Source of the DNA: a virus
Taxonomy: Duplodnaviria > Caudoviricetes
DNA: 53,277 nt
IMG/VR virus record: IMGVR_UViG_3300031975_001497
Location: 1-53,277 of that record
Strand: one strand, 5' to 3'
Shown piece after piece: positions 1 to 8,609 of the stretch. Within the stretch, counting starts at the first letter, position 1, and each line of letters opens with the position of its first letter. The position numbers were made by a program, and so were the translations under genes. The notes under the pieces were generated by a model. That model had not been told where the DNA came from. It made no database searches and saw nothing but the letters and a program-made list of their open reading frames with translations.

Positions 1-1023
1 ACACTTCCAAGTGCAATGGCAGTTTCAATTATGTATGGAGCTAATGCAGATATTGCCACAACATTAGGTGATACACCAGCTGAAGTTGGTGTAGAAGAAG
101 GTGTTGCAATGGGTAAATTAGGTGATGAACCAGATAATAAAGATAAAAAAATGAAAAATCTAAATATTGCGTTACATCAAGAAGGTTATGAACGATATGG
201 TACAAAATCAGCTAGTGATAATATCCTTGCAATAACTAAAAACGGTGGTGATGACAATATAATTAATTGGTTAAAAAATAACAAATCATTGATTGCCGGT
301 AACTACAATGAAAAACAACAAACAAAAGATGAAGCAATACAAGCACAAGAAGAACTTGCAAAAATAAATGAACAAAATAAAATAATAGATACTTCAGTAC
401 CACCGCCAATTCCAACACCAACAAGTAATTTAACAGATGAACAATGGAAAAGTCTTGGTAAAGAAATTGAAAAAAGTGATGGAATTATAAATGAAACTAT
501 ACTTGATTTATATTCGTCAAAATATGATAAAAATAATAAACTAAAAGAAAAATTTATTGAAAGTATTTCTTATAACACCACTCTTTTAGTAACCACAAAA
601 ACCACTTCAGAAATAGATAAAACAATATTATTACCATTAAACTTAGAATTAGAAATAGATGGAATAGGTGGTATTTTTCCAAGTAATTCTTTTCACTCCA
701 CATATGTACCACAACGATATCAAGATGATACAGTATTTCAAATATTTGATGTTAATCATACAGTAAGTGGTACCGGATGGACTACAACTCTCAAGGGTAA
801 GATGCGTTCATCAGTTAGTAGAGTATCAAAAACCACGACTAAAATTAATAAGTTATTAACTATAAAACAACAATTTGCAAATGCTGTAAAAGCAAGTGAA
901 GCAAAAACATTACAAGAGTCTGAAGCAGCTAAAAAAGTAGCAGCAGAGAAGAGAGCACCAGCTAAAAAAGCTGGTGAAGATAGTTCAGTTGCTGAAGGGC
1001 GAGTAACAGGAACTTTTCGGTAA
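1..1023 (+). CDS. Large hypothetical protein, 5'-truncated; possible tail/baseplate hub-like structural protein
   Basis: Frame is open from base 1 (ACA CTT CCA AGT GCA ATG). The C-terminal segment LEIDGIGGIFP...FQIFDVNHTVSGTGWTTTLKG resembles the beta-barrel end of phage baseplate hub/late-control proteins (by eye only). Confidence 0.4.
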   Translation, partial: TLPSAMAVSIMYGANADIATTLGDTPAEVGVEEGVAMGKLGDEPDNKDKKMKNLNIALHQEGYERYGTKSASDNILAITKNGGDDNIINWLKNNKSLIAGNYNEKQQTKDEAIQAQEELAKINEQNKIIDTSVPPPIPTPTSNLTDEQWKSLGKEIEKSDGIINETILDLYSSKYDKNNKLKEKFIESISYNTTLLVTTKTTSEIDKTILLPLNLELEIDGIGGIFPSNSFHSTYVPQRYQDDTVFQIFDVNHTVSGTGWTTTLKGKMRSSVSRVSKTTTKINKLLTIKQQFANAVKASEAKTLQESEAAKKVAAEKRAPAKKAGEDSSVAEGRVTGTFR

Positions 1024-1634
1024 TGGCTACTAAACAACGAATACAAAACATAAAAACAAATATTGAAAGAACTGTTCAAGGTTTACGCACTAAACCACAA
1101 GAGTTTATATATGAAGAAACTGGTGGATATGTTAAACCCAATACAATGTATTCTGTATACTATACTCTAAATAAACAAGAAATATATTTAACTGGTGTAA
1201 CAGATAGTTCAAATTCAAAAGTAATAAAAAGAATATTGAATAATACTTTATTTTCAACGTATGTCGATATTGCCAATACAGAACGTCAAGATTACCCTAA
1301 ACAAACACCAGTAAATCCATCTGAAAGTGATTATAGAATAGGCACAATAACACGTTATTTTACTAAAAAAACAAATGAAGTAAATGCTAAAGTATTTGAA
1401 ATAACTGAAGATGATTTCAATAATCAAAATAATCTATATGATTACACTTCATTCCAATGGAGAATATCAGGTAAAAAAGATGAGGTAAATAGAGATAATT
1501 CAGCAACATTACGAGATGTACAATCAGAGTTTCCCAATATAATAAAAACAGTATTTCCATTACAACTTTGGATACCACCAAAAAACTCACCAGATGATGT
1601 GCAAAAAAAATTATCTTTATTGAAAAAAACTTAA
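1023..1634 (+). CDS. Hypothetical phage protein
   Basis: 203 aa ORF coupled by a TAATG overlap; no function recognised. Confidence 0.6.
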   Translation: MATKQRIQNIKTNIERTVQGLRTKPQEFIYEETGGYVKPNTMYSVYYTLNKQEIYLTGVTDSSNSKVIKRILNNTLFSTYVDIANTERQDYPKQTPVNPSESDYRIGTITRYFTKKTNEVNAKVFEITEDDFNNQNNLYDYTSFQWRISGKKDEVNRDNSATLRDVQSEFPNIIKTVFPLQLWIPPKNSPDDVQKKLSLLKKT

Positions 1635-1664
1635 TATATATAAATAAACATAAAAGGTTATAAT

Positions 1665-2354
1665 ATGAAAATAGATGTATTAGATAAAGGATACATCGAG
1701 GTTGTAGATACGTTAGGTGATGACTTAACACCAGTGAATGCAGCTCGAGTATCATTCGATGGATTTAGTGAAACATTTACAGACAAAGACAGAAAGTTAT
1801 CACGTTTCTTAATCAAACACAAACATCATTCTCCATTTAGACATCAACACGCAATGTTCATAATTAAGGCTCCAGAGTTCGTGATGAGACAATGGTACAA
1901 ACACGTAGTGGGTATCGAGACAACATCTTCACACGTCACTAAAGACCATGCCTGGAATGAGATAAGTGGTCGTTATGTCCCTTATGATGAATTTTACGAA
2001 CCAACAGAGTTTCGTAAACAAAGTGATGACAATAAACAAGCTAGTGATGGATTGATTGATGACCAGGTTACTGCCACGATAAAATGGAGAACTGCTCAGA
2101 AAGAACTAATAGATACTTATAATAAGTTTTTAGATATGGGCATGGCTAAAGAACAAGCTCGTAGTATTTTACCATTGACAGTCTATACAAAAGTTTGGTG
2201 GACAGCATCATTTCAATCTATAATGAACTTTATAGAACTCAGAGATGAAGCAACATCACAAGTTGAAATACAACACTACGCAAAAGCTTTAAAAGAGATT
2301 ATGTTAGAAACATTTCCAGAAACAACTAAACTTTGGTCTGAAATATATTGGTAA
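1665..2354 (+). CDS. thyX: Flavin-dependent thymidylate synthase
   Basis: VNAARVS, HHSPFRH, RQWYKH...NEISGRY, KEQARSILP, FIELR...SQVEI motifs. Confidence 0.93.
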   Translation: MKIDVLDKGYIEVVDTLGDDLTPVNAARVSFDGFSETFTDKDRKLSRFLIKHKHHSPFRHQHAMFIIKAPEFVMRQWYKHVVGIETTSSHVTKDHAWNEISGRYVPYDEFYEPTEFRKQSDDNKQASDGLIDDQVTATIKWRTAQKELIDTYNKFLDMGMAKEQARSILPLTVYTKVWWTASFQSIMNFIELRDEATSQVEIQHYAKALKEIMLETFPETTKLWSEIYW

Positions 2355-3625
2355 TCATAGAGAATAACTCACAACTGAAAAGATTTATAAAACACTATAA
2401 ATCAGAAGATTGTATATTAGTACCTATACCATGTGATGATAATAAACATCCGATAAACGACTCATTATCGTTGTTATACGTCAAACTGTTAAGTGGTAAA
2501 GAGTTTATACTGCCTTTCAATCATAGTGAAACATTAAACGTTAAAATACCAAGTCTTGAATCCAATACTAAAAAATACACGTATGACAGAAAAAAGTTAA
2601 ATCATTTCATTAAGTTAACTAATGTTATTGATGTGAATTTAATGCATTATATGAATGAAGGTAGTCCAATCTCAATAGATGAAACAGATACTAATTCACA
2701 TAGTTTTCTGAATATGAGATATTATAAAAAAGAAAACATCAACACAATCATACCAGTGTTGAAGCATTTAGATAAATCACGAAAGATTGCTAAGATACTT
2801 GAAAGTATAATAGCTAAACATAACACTTCTGTCAATATGTCATACAATGATGAAGTACTAGACAATCTTACTTACATAGAAACAAACGGATTACAAACAG
2901 TTGAGAGTAAACTACATACTGAATATAATATTTATACATCTACAGGTAGACCAAGTAATAGATTCGGTGGTACTAACTTTGCAGCATTAAATAAAAAAGA
3001 TGGTAGTAGAAAACCATTTGTAAGTCGGTTCAAAAATGGTGTGTTGGTCGAGATGGACTTTGATGCTTATCACTTACGATTGATTGCAGACAAAATAGAT
3101 TATGATTTCCCACAAGGTTCAGTACACGAGCATATGGCAAAGTTTTATAATGTTAGTTATGAAGAGGCTAAAACATTATCGTTTCAATATTTATATGGTT
3201 TTATACCTCACGATGTAGTACAAATGAATCCATATTTTAGTAAAGTTCACGATTATATTGAAGAGTTATGGAAAGAGTATAATTCAAAAGAATTTATCGT
3301 TTCAGATATTTATAATAGACAATTACATAAGAAAAATTTAGGTGATATGAATGCTAATAAGTTATTCAATTACACTATTCAACTTATGGAAACTGAAAAC
3401 AATATGAAGGCGTTGACACGACTGATTCCCGAAGTAAAAGATTATAAAAGTAAATTAATACTTTACTCTTATGATAGTTTTTTACTTGACTTTAATATGG
3501 AAGACGGATTAGATTACTTAAAGAAAGTTAAACAAATATTAGAACAAGATGGTAAATATCCTGTTAAAGTAAGTTGGGGATTAAATTATCACGAAATGAA
3601 AGATATTACAGAGAAGTTTGTATGA
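2348..3625 (+). CDS. Reduced/divergent family A DNA polymerase-like protein
   Basis: TGRPS, motif A EMDFDAYHLR, motif B EAKTLSFQYLYG, FNYTIQ, motif C YSYDSFL; only 425 aa; TTG start. Confidence 0.8.
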   Translation: MVIIENNSQLKRFIKHYKSEDCILVPIPCDDNKHPINDSLSLLYVKLLSGKEFILPFNHSETLNVKIPSLESNTKKYTYDRKKLNHFIKLTNVIDVNLMHYMNEGSPISIDETDTNSHSFLNMRYYKKENINTIIPVLKHLDKSRKIAKILESIIAKHNTSVNMSYNDEVLDNLTYIETNGLQTVESKLHTEYNIYTSTGRPSNRFGGTNFAALNKKDGSRKPFVSRFKNGVLVEMDFDAYHLRLIADKIDYDFPQGSVHEHMAKFYNVSYEEAKTLSFQYLYGFIPHDVVQMNPYFSKVHDYIEELWKEYNSKEFIVSDIYNRQLHKKNLGDMNANKLFNYTIQLMETENNMKALTRLIPEVKDYKSKLILYSYDSFLLDFNMEDGLDYLKKVKQILEQDGKYPVKVSWGLNYHEMKDITEKFV

Positions 3626-5133
3626 AAATAAATTTTGAAAAAATAGTAAAAGAATGGGGTTATCGTGTAGATGATGGTAAACCTAATCCAAACAACTCTG
3701 CACACTTATATCATTTATCTCAAATACTGATTGAGAATAAATGGCATTCTGATGTTATAGATGAATTACTACAAAACTTAAATGAAAATGAAGAAGTAAA
3801 ATTTGATACAAAAGATATACCATTGCTTAGAAATTTAGGTATTTTAAATTCAGTACCTGATGAGGATTTAGCAGATATTATAAATGGTAAGGTGGATTTA
3901 AGTGGTGTTAGTTGTGGTAGAGGTAGTGGAACTACAGCATTTCAAGATATTCAAAATTATGATTTGAAAACATTAGAAAAGATTTTAAGTAAAGGTGATA
4001 AATTTTTTATAACTTACGCTGGAACTGAAAAGAAGTTAAGAACTGAATTTAATATTAGAATTTGTAAATGGAATAATAGTAAAAAGAAAGACGATGTACA
4101 TTATGGTAGAATTGCTTTAATGTACAAGTTATACAAAAAGTATAAAAGTAAAATAGAAGTAAAAGAGAGAAATGCCGCAGGTATAGGATTTGAAGATATG
4201 CAGATATCGGAGTTGAATGATTATTTTAAAACACTTTCTACAGAACCAATTCCATTATTTGTAGATGGTAAAGATATGGGTGTAAAAGTAAATGGTTCAT
4301 CTACAGTAAGTGGTGTTCCAAAAGCAGACTTTACATTAGATAATAATGGTAAATCAGTATTTTGGGTTTCATATAAACACGGAGAGTATTACAAAAGTGG
4401 AGCAGGTGATATCAGTGCACAAGTTCCATTTCAACAATACGGTTCAATGAGTTCATTTTTTGATAAAAATTTTGAACAAAAAGTAGGTGTGAAAGGTCTT
4501 GATGGTGTTTCAAATAAATTTTTAAAAACTGTAACAAAAAAACTTAAAACGGTATATAAAGGTGTTACAGGTATGAAGGCATTAGGAAAAAATAAAATTG
4601 AAATTCAAATGGGTAATAAAAAAGAAGTGATTGATGATAAATTTAAGATTTTCTCATCACACTCAACAAAGTTTTATGAAGTAAATGTATGGAAACAACA
4701 TAAAAAATTTGATTTATACTTAGTACCACCAAAAACAGGATTTTATAGGAGCTTTGAAAAAGACCCAAAATATTCTGATATAGCCGGTGCAACTATTTAT
4801 GGTACAGAATTTAAAAAAGGTAATACTAAATTTAGTAAAGAAAACGTTAATATATTGTTACAAGCAAAAGAAAGATTAACACTTGACCCTATGACAGATA
4901 CCGATGGTAGTATTAGAGGTATAAATTTAAACACTCGTCAAGCTGGACACATAACATTTAATCCAAATGTACCATCTACTGATAAAAAAATATCACAATA
5001 CTTACCAGTGTTTGTTTTAAGACATACTAAAGAAATGCATTTTGGATTTAAAGATAGTGGTAAGACTAATTTAATTATGGGTGGTAGATATTTAATTATG
5101 CCTCAAGGTCAAGCGAGAGGAACAAAATTATAA
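3622..5133 (+). CDS. Hypothetical protein with restriction-endonuclease-like PD-(D/E)xK variant core
   Basis: Likely start is ATG 3622 (ATGA overlap with the upstream stop). GFEDMQ...PKADFTL...VSYKHG fits an E...KxD...SxK nuclease core. Confidence 0.5.
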   Translation: MKINFEKIVKEWGYRVDDGKPNPNNSAHLYHLSQILIENKWHSDVIDELLQNLNENEEVKFDTKDIPLLRNLGILNSVPDEDLADIINGKVDLSGVSCGRGSGTTAFQDIQNYDLKTLEKILSKGDKFFITYAGTEKKLRTEFNIRICKWNNSKKKDDVHYGRIALMYKLYKKYKSKIEVKERNAAGIGFEDMQISELNDYFKTLSTEPIPLFVDGKDMGVKVNGSSTVSGVPKADFTLDNNGKSVFWVSYKHGEYYKSGAGDISAQVPFQQYGSMSSFFDKNFEQKVGVKGLDGVSNKFLKTVTKKLKTVYKGVTGMKALGKNKIEIQMGNKKEVIDDKFKIFSSHSTKFYEVNVWKQHKKFDLYLVPPKTGFYRSFEKDPKYSDIAGATIYGTEFKKGNTKFSKENVNILLQAKERLTLDPMTDTDGSIRGINLNTRQAGHITFNPNVPSTDKKISQYLPVFVLRHTKEMHFGFKDSGKTNLIMGGRYLIMPQGQARGTKL

Positions 5134-5549
5134 TGAAAACACAACTACTTTGTACATTCACAAAAAGAAATCATTTCAATGAAACTATTGATGTTATTAT
5201 AGCTTGTAATGAAATCGTGTTTGATAAGATTTATGTATTCTCAAATGAGAATGACCATCATCAATTAATCTGTACTTATAATGTAGAGTATGATGAAGAC
5301 TTTATGCAAGGTATACCAGATACTATTTCACTGCATAGAAAAAAGAACACAAATACACTTTACACAATCAACGCTCTAAACGATTTAATTCGTGAACTAA
5401 ATGGTGGTAAACTTGATAAGTCGTTTCCTATCGAATGGGAAAATTATAAGAACTCATTACTGCTCACAAACGAAGATGGACTAAATAAAATACCAACAAG
5501 AATTTACACAATAGTAGATGTCAAAACTTGGGACAAAACTGAAAAATAA
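5133..5549 (+). CDS. Hypothetical phage protein (MKTQLLCTF...)
   Basis: 138 aa ORF coupled by TAATG, directly upstream of the SSB gene. Confidence 0.65.
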   Translation: MKTQLLCTFTKRNHFNETIDVIIACNEIVFDKIYVFSNENDHHQLICTYNVEYDEDFMQGIPDTISLHRKKNTNTLYTINALNDLIRELNGGKLDKSFPIEWENYKNSLLLTNEDGLNKIPTRIYTIVDVKTWDKTEK

Positions 5550-5601
5550 AATTGTATTTTGAAACGATTCATTATACTTATTTATGTATCAGGTTATACT
5601 G

Positions 5602-5631
5602 ATTACCAATTACCAATTAACTAATTAACTA
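5602..5631 (+). repeat. Short tandem repeats ATTACCA x2 and ATTAACTA x2 in the SSB leader
   Basis: Read directly; the G-free tract ends at the GGAG SD (5634-5637). Confidence 0.75.
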
Positions 5632-5644
5632 ATGGAGAATAAAA

Positions 5645-6403
5645 ATGGATTTAAACGCAATCAAAAGTCGTCTTAGTCAACTTCAGACTACAAACACTCG
5701 AACATCAAATCTTTGGAAACCACAACCAGGTACACAAGTACTTAGGATTGTCCCTTATAAATTTAATGCGGACAACCCTTTTATTGAATTGTACTTTCAC
5801 TATGATTTAGGTGGTAAGAATTATCTTTCACCGATATCATTTGGTCGTCCAGACCCAATTGAAGAGTTTGCACAAAAACTTAAATCAACTGGTTCAAAAG
5901 ATGACTATCGTCTTGGTAAAAAGGTTGAAGCAAAAATGAGAACTTTTGCTCCAGTCGTTGTACGTGGTGAAGAGAATCAAGGTGTTAAGTTTTGGGGATT
6001 CGGAAAGACAGTTTATCAAGAACTACTTTCTATTATAGCAGACCCTGATTATGGTGATATCACAGATTCAGTAAATGGTCGTGATGTTGCTGTAGAGTTC
6101 AAAACAGCTGAAGAGACTGGGAAGAATTTTCCTTCAACATCAATTAGGGTTAAACCTAATCAAACTCCAATTACGGAAGATGCAGCTATGTTGGATTCAA
6201 TCAATGAGTCACAAAAGAATATTACTGAAATCTATCAGGAACTTTCTTATGATGATTTGACGAATGCTCTCAATGAGTATCTCAACGGTAGTTCTACTGA
6301 AAAAACAGAAGAAGAAACTGTAGAGAAAGAACAACCAGTTGCTGCAAACACGAATAGTAATACAGACACGACAGCAGCTTTTGACGATTTGTTCAATAGC
6401 TAA
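5645..6403 (+). CDS. Single-stranded DNA-binding protein, T4 gp32-like
   Basis: LWKP...LRIVP...PFIELYFHY, VKFWGFGKTVYQEL, DITD..NGRD; acidic tail AFDDLFNS; upstream of the recombinase. Confidence 0.85.
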   Translation: MDLNAIKSRLSQLQTTNTRTSNLWKPQPGTQVLRIVPYKFNADNPFIELYFHYDLGGKNYLSPISFGRPDPIEEFAQKLKSTGSKDDYRLGKKVEAKMRTFAPVVVRGEENQGVKFWGFGKTVYQELLSIIADPDYGDITDSVNGRDVAVEFKTAEETGKNFPSTSIRVKPNQTPITEDAAMLDSINESQKNITEIYQELSYDDLTNALNEYLNGSSTEKTEEETVEKEQPVAANTNSNTDTTAAFDDLFNS

Positions 6404-6415
6404 ACAAAATAATGT

Positions 6416-6482
6416 AGTGGGTGGTAGTCTACAGATTGAAGACCAGAGTAGGCTGTTATTGTACGCCTAACCACCCATTTTT
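6416..6482 (+). ncRNA. Putative structured cis-RNA / terminator-like element between ssb and recA
   Basis: AGTGGGTGGT (6416-6425) pairs with ACCACCCATT (6470-6479); inner alternative stems; ends in a T-run. Confidence 0.5.
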
Positions 6483-6508
6483 ACTAACACTTTAATTGGA
6501 GATAATTT

Positions 6509-7600
6509 ATGTCAACAAGAGATGAATTAGCAGGTGTCTTAGCAGACACTATAAATAAACAATTCAAGGATATGAAAGTTGCATACTTCTTGGATGGTAC
6601 AGACACAACACCAACAGACATAAAAGATTTTGTATCTACAGGGTCTACGATGTTAGACTTAGCAATATCAAACAAACCAAATGGTGGTATTGCAGTTGGT
6701 AGAATTACAGAACTAAATGGACTTGAGAGTAGTGGTAAATCATTACTTGGAGCTCATATGTTGGCTGAAACTCAAAAGAAAGGTGGAGTTGCTGTGTATA
6801 TTGATACAGAGACTGCAGTGAGTACAGAGTTTCTTGGTTCTATTGGTGTCGATGTAGATAATATGTTATATTTACATTTAGAAACAGTAGAAGATATCTT
6901 TTCAGCTATTGAAGAGATAGTTGCAAAAGTTCGTGAAAGTGATAAAGATAGATTAGTCACTATCTTAGTCGATTCACTTGCAGCTGCAACAACTAAAGTT
7001 GAGTTAGAAGCTGAGTTTGATAAAGATGGTTGGGCTACAAGTAAAGCAATTATTCTTTCAAAAGCAATGAGAAAGATAACTCAAATGATTGGTAGACAAA
7101 AGATAGCTCTTGTGTTTACAAATCAACTCAGACAAAAACTCGGTGTTATGTTTGGTGACCCATGGACAACTTCAGGTGGTAAAGCATTACCATTTCATGC
7201 TTCAACTAGAATCAGATTAAAAAATCTTGGTCAAATTAAAGATAAGAAGAATAATAATATCGGTATGAAGATGAGAGCTCAAGTCATTAAAAACAGACTT
7301 GGTCCTCCTATGAGACATGCTGACTTTGAACTTTACTTTGAAACAGGTATCGATGATGATGGTAGTTGGTTAAAAGTTATGAAAGACCATAAGTTAGTGA
7401 AACAAGGCGGTGCGTGGTACACTATGGATAATCATAAGGGTAAAGAACTCAAGTTTCAATCAAAAGATTGGAGTGAACAACTCAAAGATGAGGAGTTCAG
7501 AGAATATTGTTACAACTTAATCTGTGATAAAGTAATTCTCAAATATGAAAAGAACTTTGGAATTGATGACGTAGTTGTAGAAGAGGAAGTTAGTGAGTAA
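6509..7600 (+). CDS. recA: RecA/UvsX-like recombinase
   Basis: STGS..LD, Walker A GLESSGKS, YIDTE, Walker B ILVDS, FTNQLRQK, TTSGGKALPFHASTRI, KNR.GPP. Confidence 0.95.
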   Translation: MSTRDELAGVLADTINKQFKDMKVAYFLDGTDTTPTDIKDFVSTGSTMLDLAISNKPNGGIAVGRITELNGLESSGKSLLGAHMLAETQKKGGVAVYIDTETAVSTEFLGSIGVDVDNMLYLHLETVEDIFSAIEEIVAKVRESDKDRLVTILVDSLAAATTKVELEAEFDKDGWATSKAIILSKAMRKITQMIGRQKIALVFTNQLRQKLGVMFGDPWTTSGGKALPFHASTRIRLKNLGQIKDKKNNNIGMKMRAQVIKNRLGPPMRHADFELYFETGIDDDGSWLKVMKDHKLVKQGGAWYTMDNHKGKELKFQSKDWSEQLKDEEFREYCYNLICDKVILKYEKNFGIDDVVVEEEVSE

Positions 7601-8609
7601 TAAAAAATATCTTTCTATTTTAGATGAAATAAAAAAGAAAGGTGGCTCACTAGACGGTGGTCAACCTAATGATAAAGTACTTATAATAGATGGTCTAAAT
7701 ACTTTCATAAGAGTGTTTAGTGTTATACCAACTACTAACGATGATGGTATTCACGTTGGTGGAATAGTTGGTTTTCTAAGAAGTATTGGTTACACAATAA
7801 ATATGTTTAGACCTACCCGAGTCGTCATAGTATTTGATGGTAAAGGTGGGTCTAAACACCGTCGGAAACTCTATCCTGATTACAAACAAAACAGAAAAAC
7901 AAAATACAGAGTAAATCGTTCATATGATTTTGCTTCTCAAGAAGATGAGAAACAAAATATGATAATGCAATTACAACGTATAGTTGAATATTTAGATACA
8001 TTACCTGTAACTGTAATGTCATATGATAATATTGAAGCTGATGATACTATTGGATATTTGTGTAGACAAGTATTAACTGAATCACAAATAACAATTATGT
8101 CAACTGATAAAGATTTTCTTCAATTAGCGAATGGTAGAATAAAAATATGGAGTCCAACTAAAAAGAAAATCTATGATGAACAGAGTGTATTAGATGAATA
8201 TGGTATCTCATCTCACAACTATATTTGGTATAGAGTGTTAGATGGTGATAAGTCAGATAATATATCAGGTGTGAAAGGTCTTGGTTTAAAAACAATAAGA
8301 AAAAAATTGCCGTTTTTGAAAGAAAATCGAATAGTTAATATAGATGAGGTAATTACTGAATTACCAGAAGCTAAAGATGTTATAGAGTTAAATTATAAAC
8401 TGATGCAATTGTCAGACGTACATATATCAGGTTCTACTAAAACAAAAATAATCGATAGAATACATCAACCAATCAATCGATTAGTTAAGTTTCAATTTGA
8501 AAAAATGTTTTTAGAAGATAAATTATATACAGCACTACCCAACATCAATAGCTGGTTGTTAACAAATTTTAATCAATTAAATCGTTATGCAGAGAAAACA
8601 AATGAGTGA
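7593..8609 (+). CDS. 5'-3' flap exonuclease (PolI N-terminal / T4 RNase H-like)
   Basis: LIIDGLN, VFDGKG, YKQNR, EADDTIG, STDKDFLQL, GDKSDNISGVKGLGLKT (H3TH). Confidence 0.93.
   Translation: MSNKKYLSILDEIKKKGGSLDGGQPNDKVLIIDGLNTFIRVFSVIPTTNDDGIHVGGIVGFLRSIGYTINMFRPTRVVIVFDGKGGSKHRRKLYPDYKQNRKTKYRVNRSYDFASQEDEKQNMIMQLQRIVEYLDTLPVTVMSYDNIEADDTIGYLCRQVLTESQITIMSTDKDFLQLANGRIKIWSPTKKKIYDEQSVLDEYGISSHNYIWYRVLDGDKSDNISGVKGLGLKTIRKKLPFLKENRIVNIDEVITELPEAKDVIELNYKLMQLSDVHISGSTKTKIIDRIHQPINRLVKFQFEKMFLEDKLYTALPNINSWLLTNFNQLNRYAEKTNE

Noticed and set aside
3574-3621. Longer starts given by the ORF track (3574, 8587, 26353, 36988, 49089)
   Set aside because: Downstream starts with an SD or stop-start coupling (3622, 8602, 26377, 37000, 49107) fit better.
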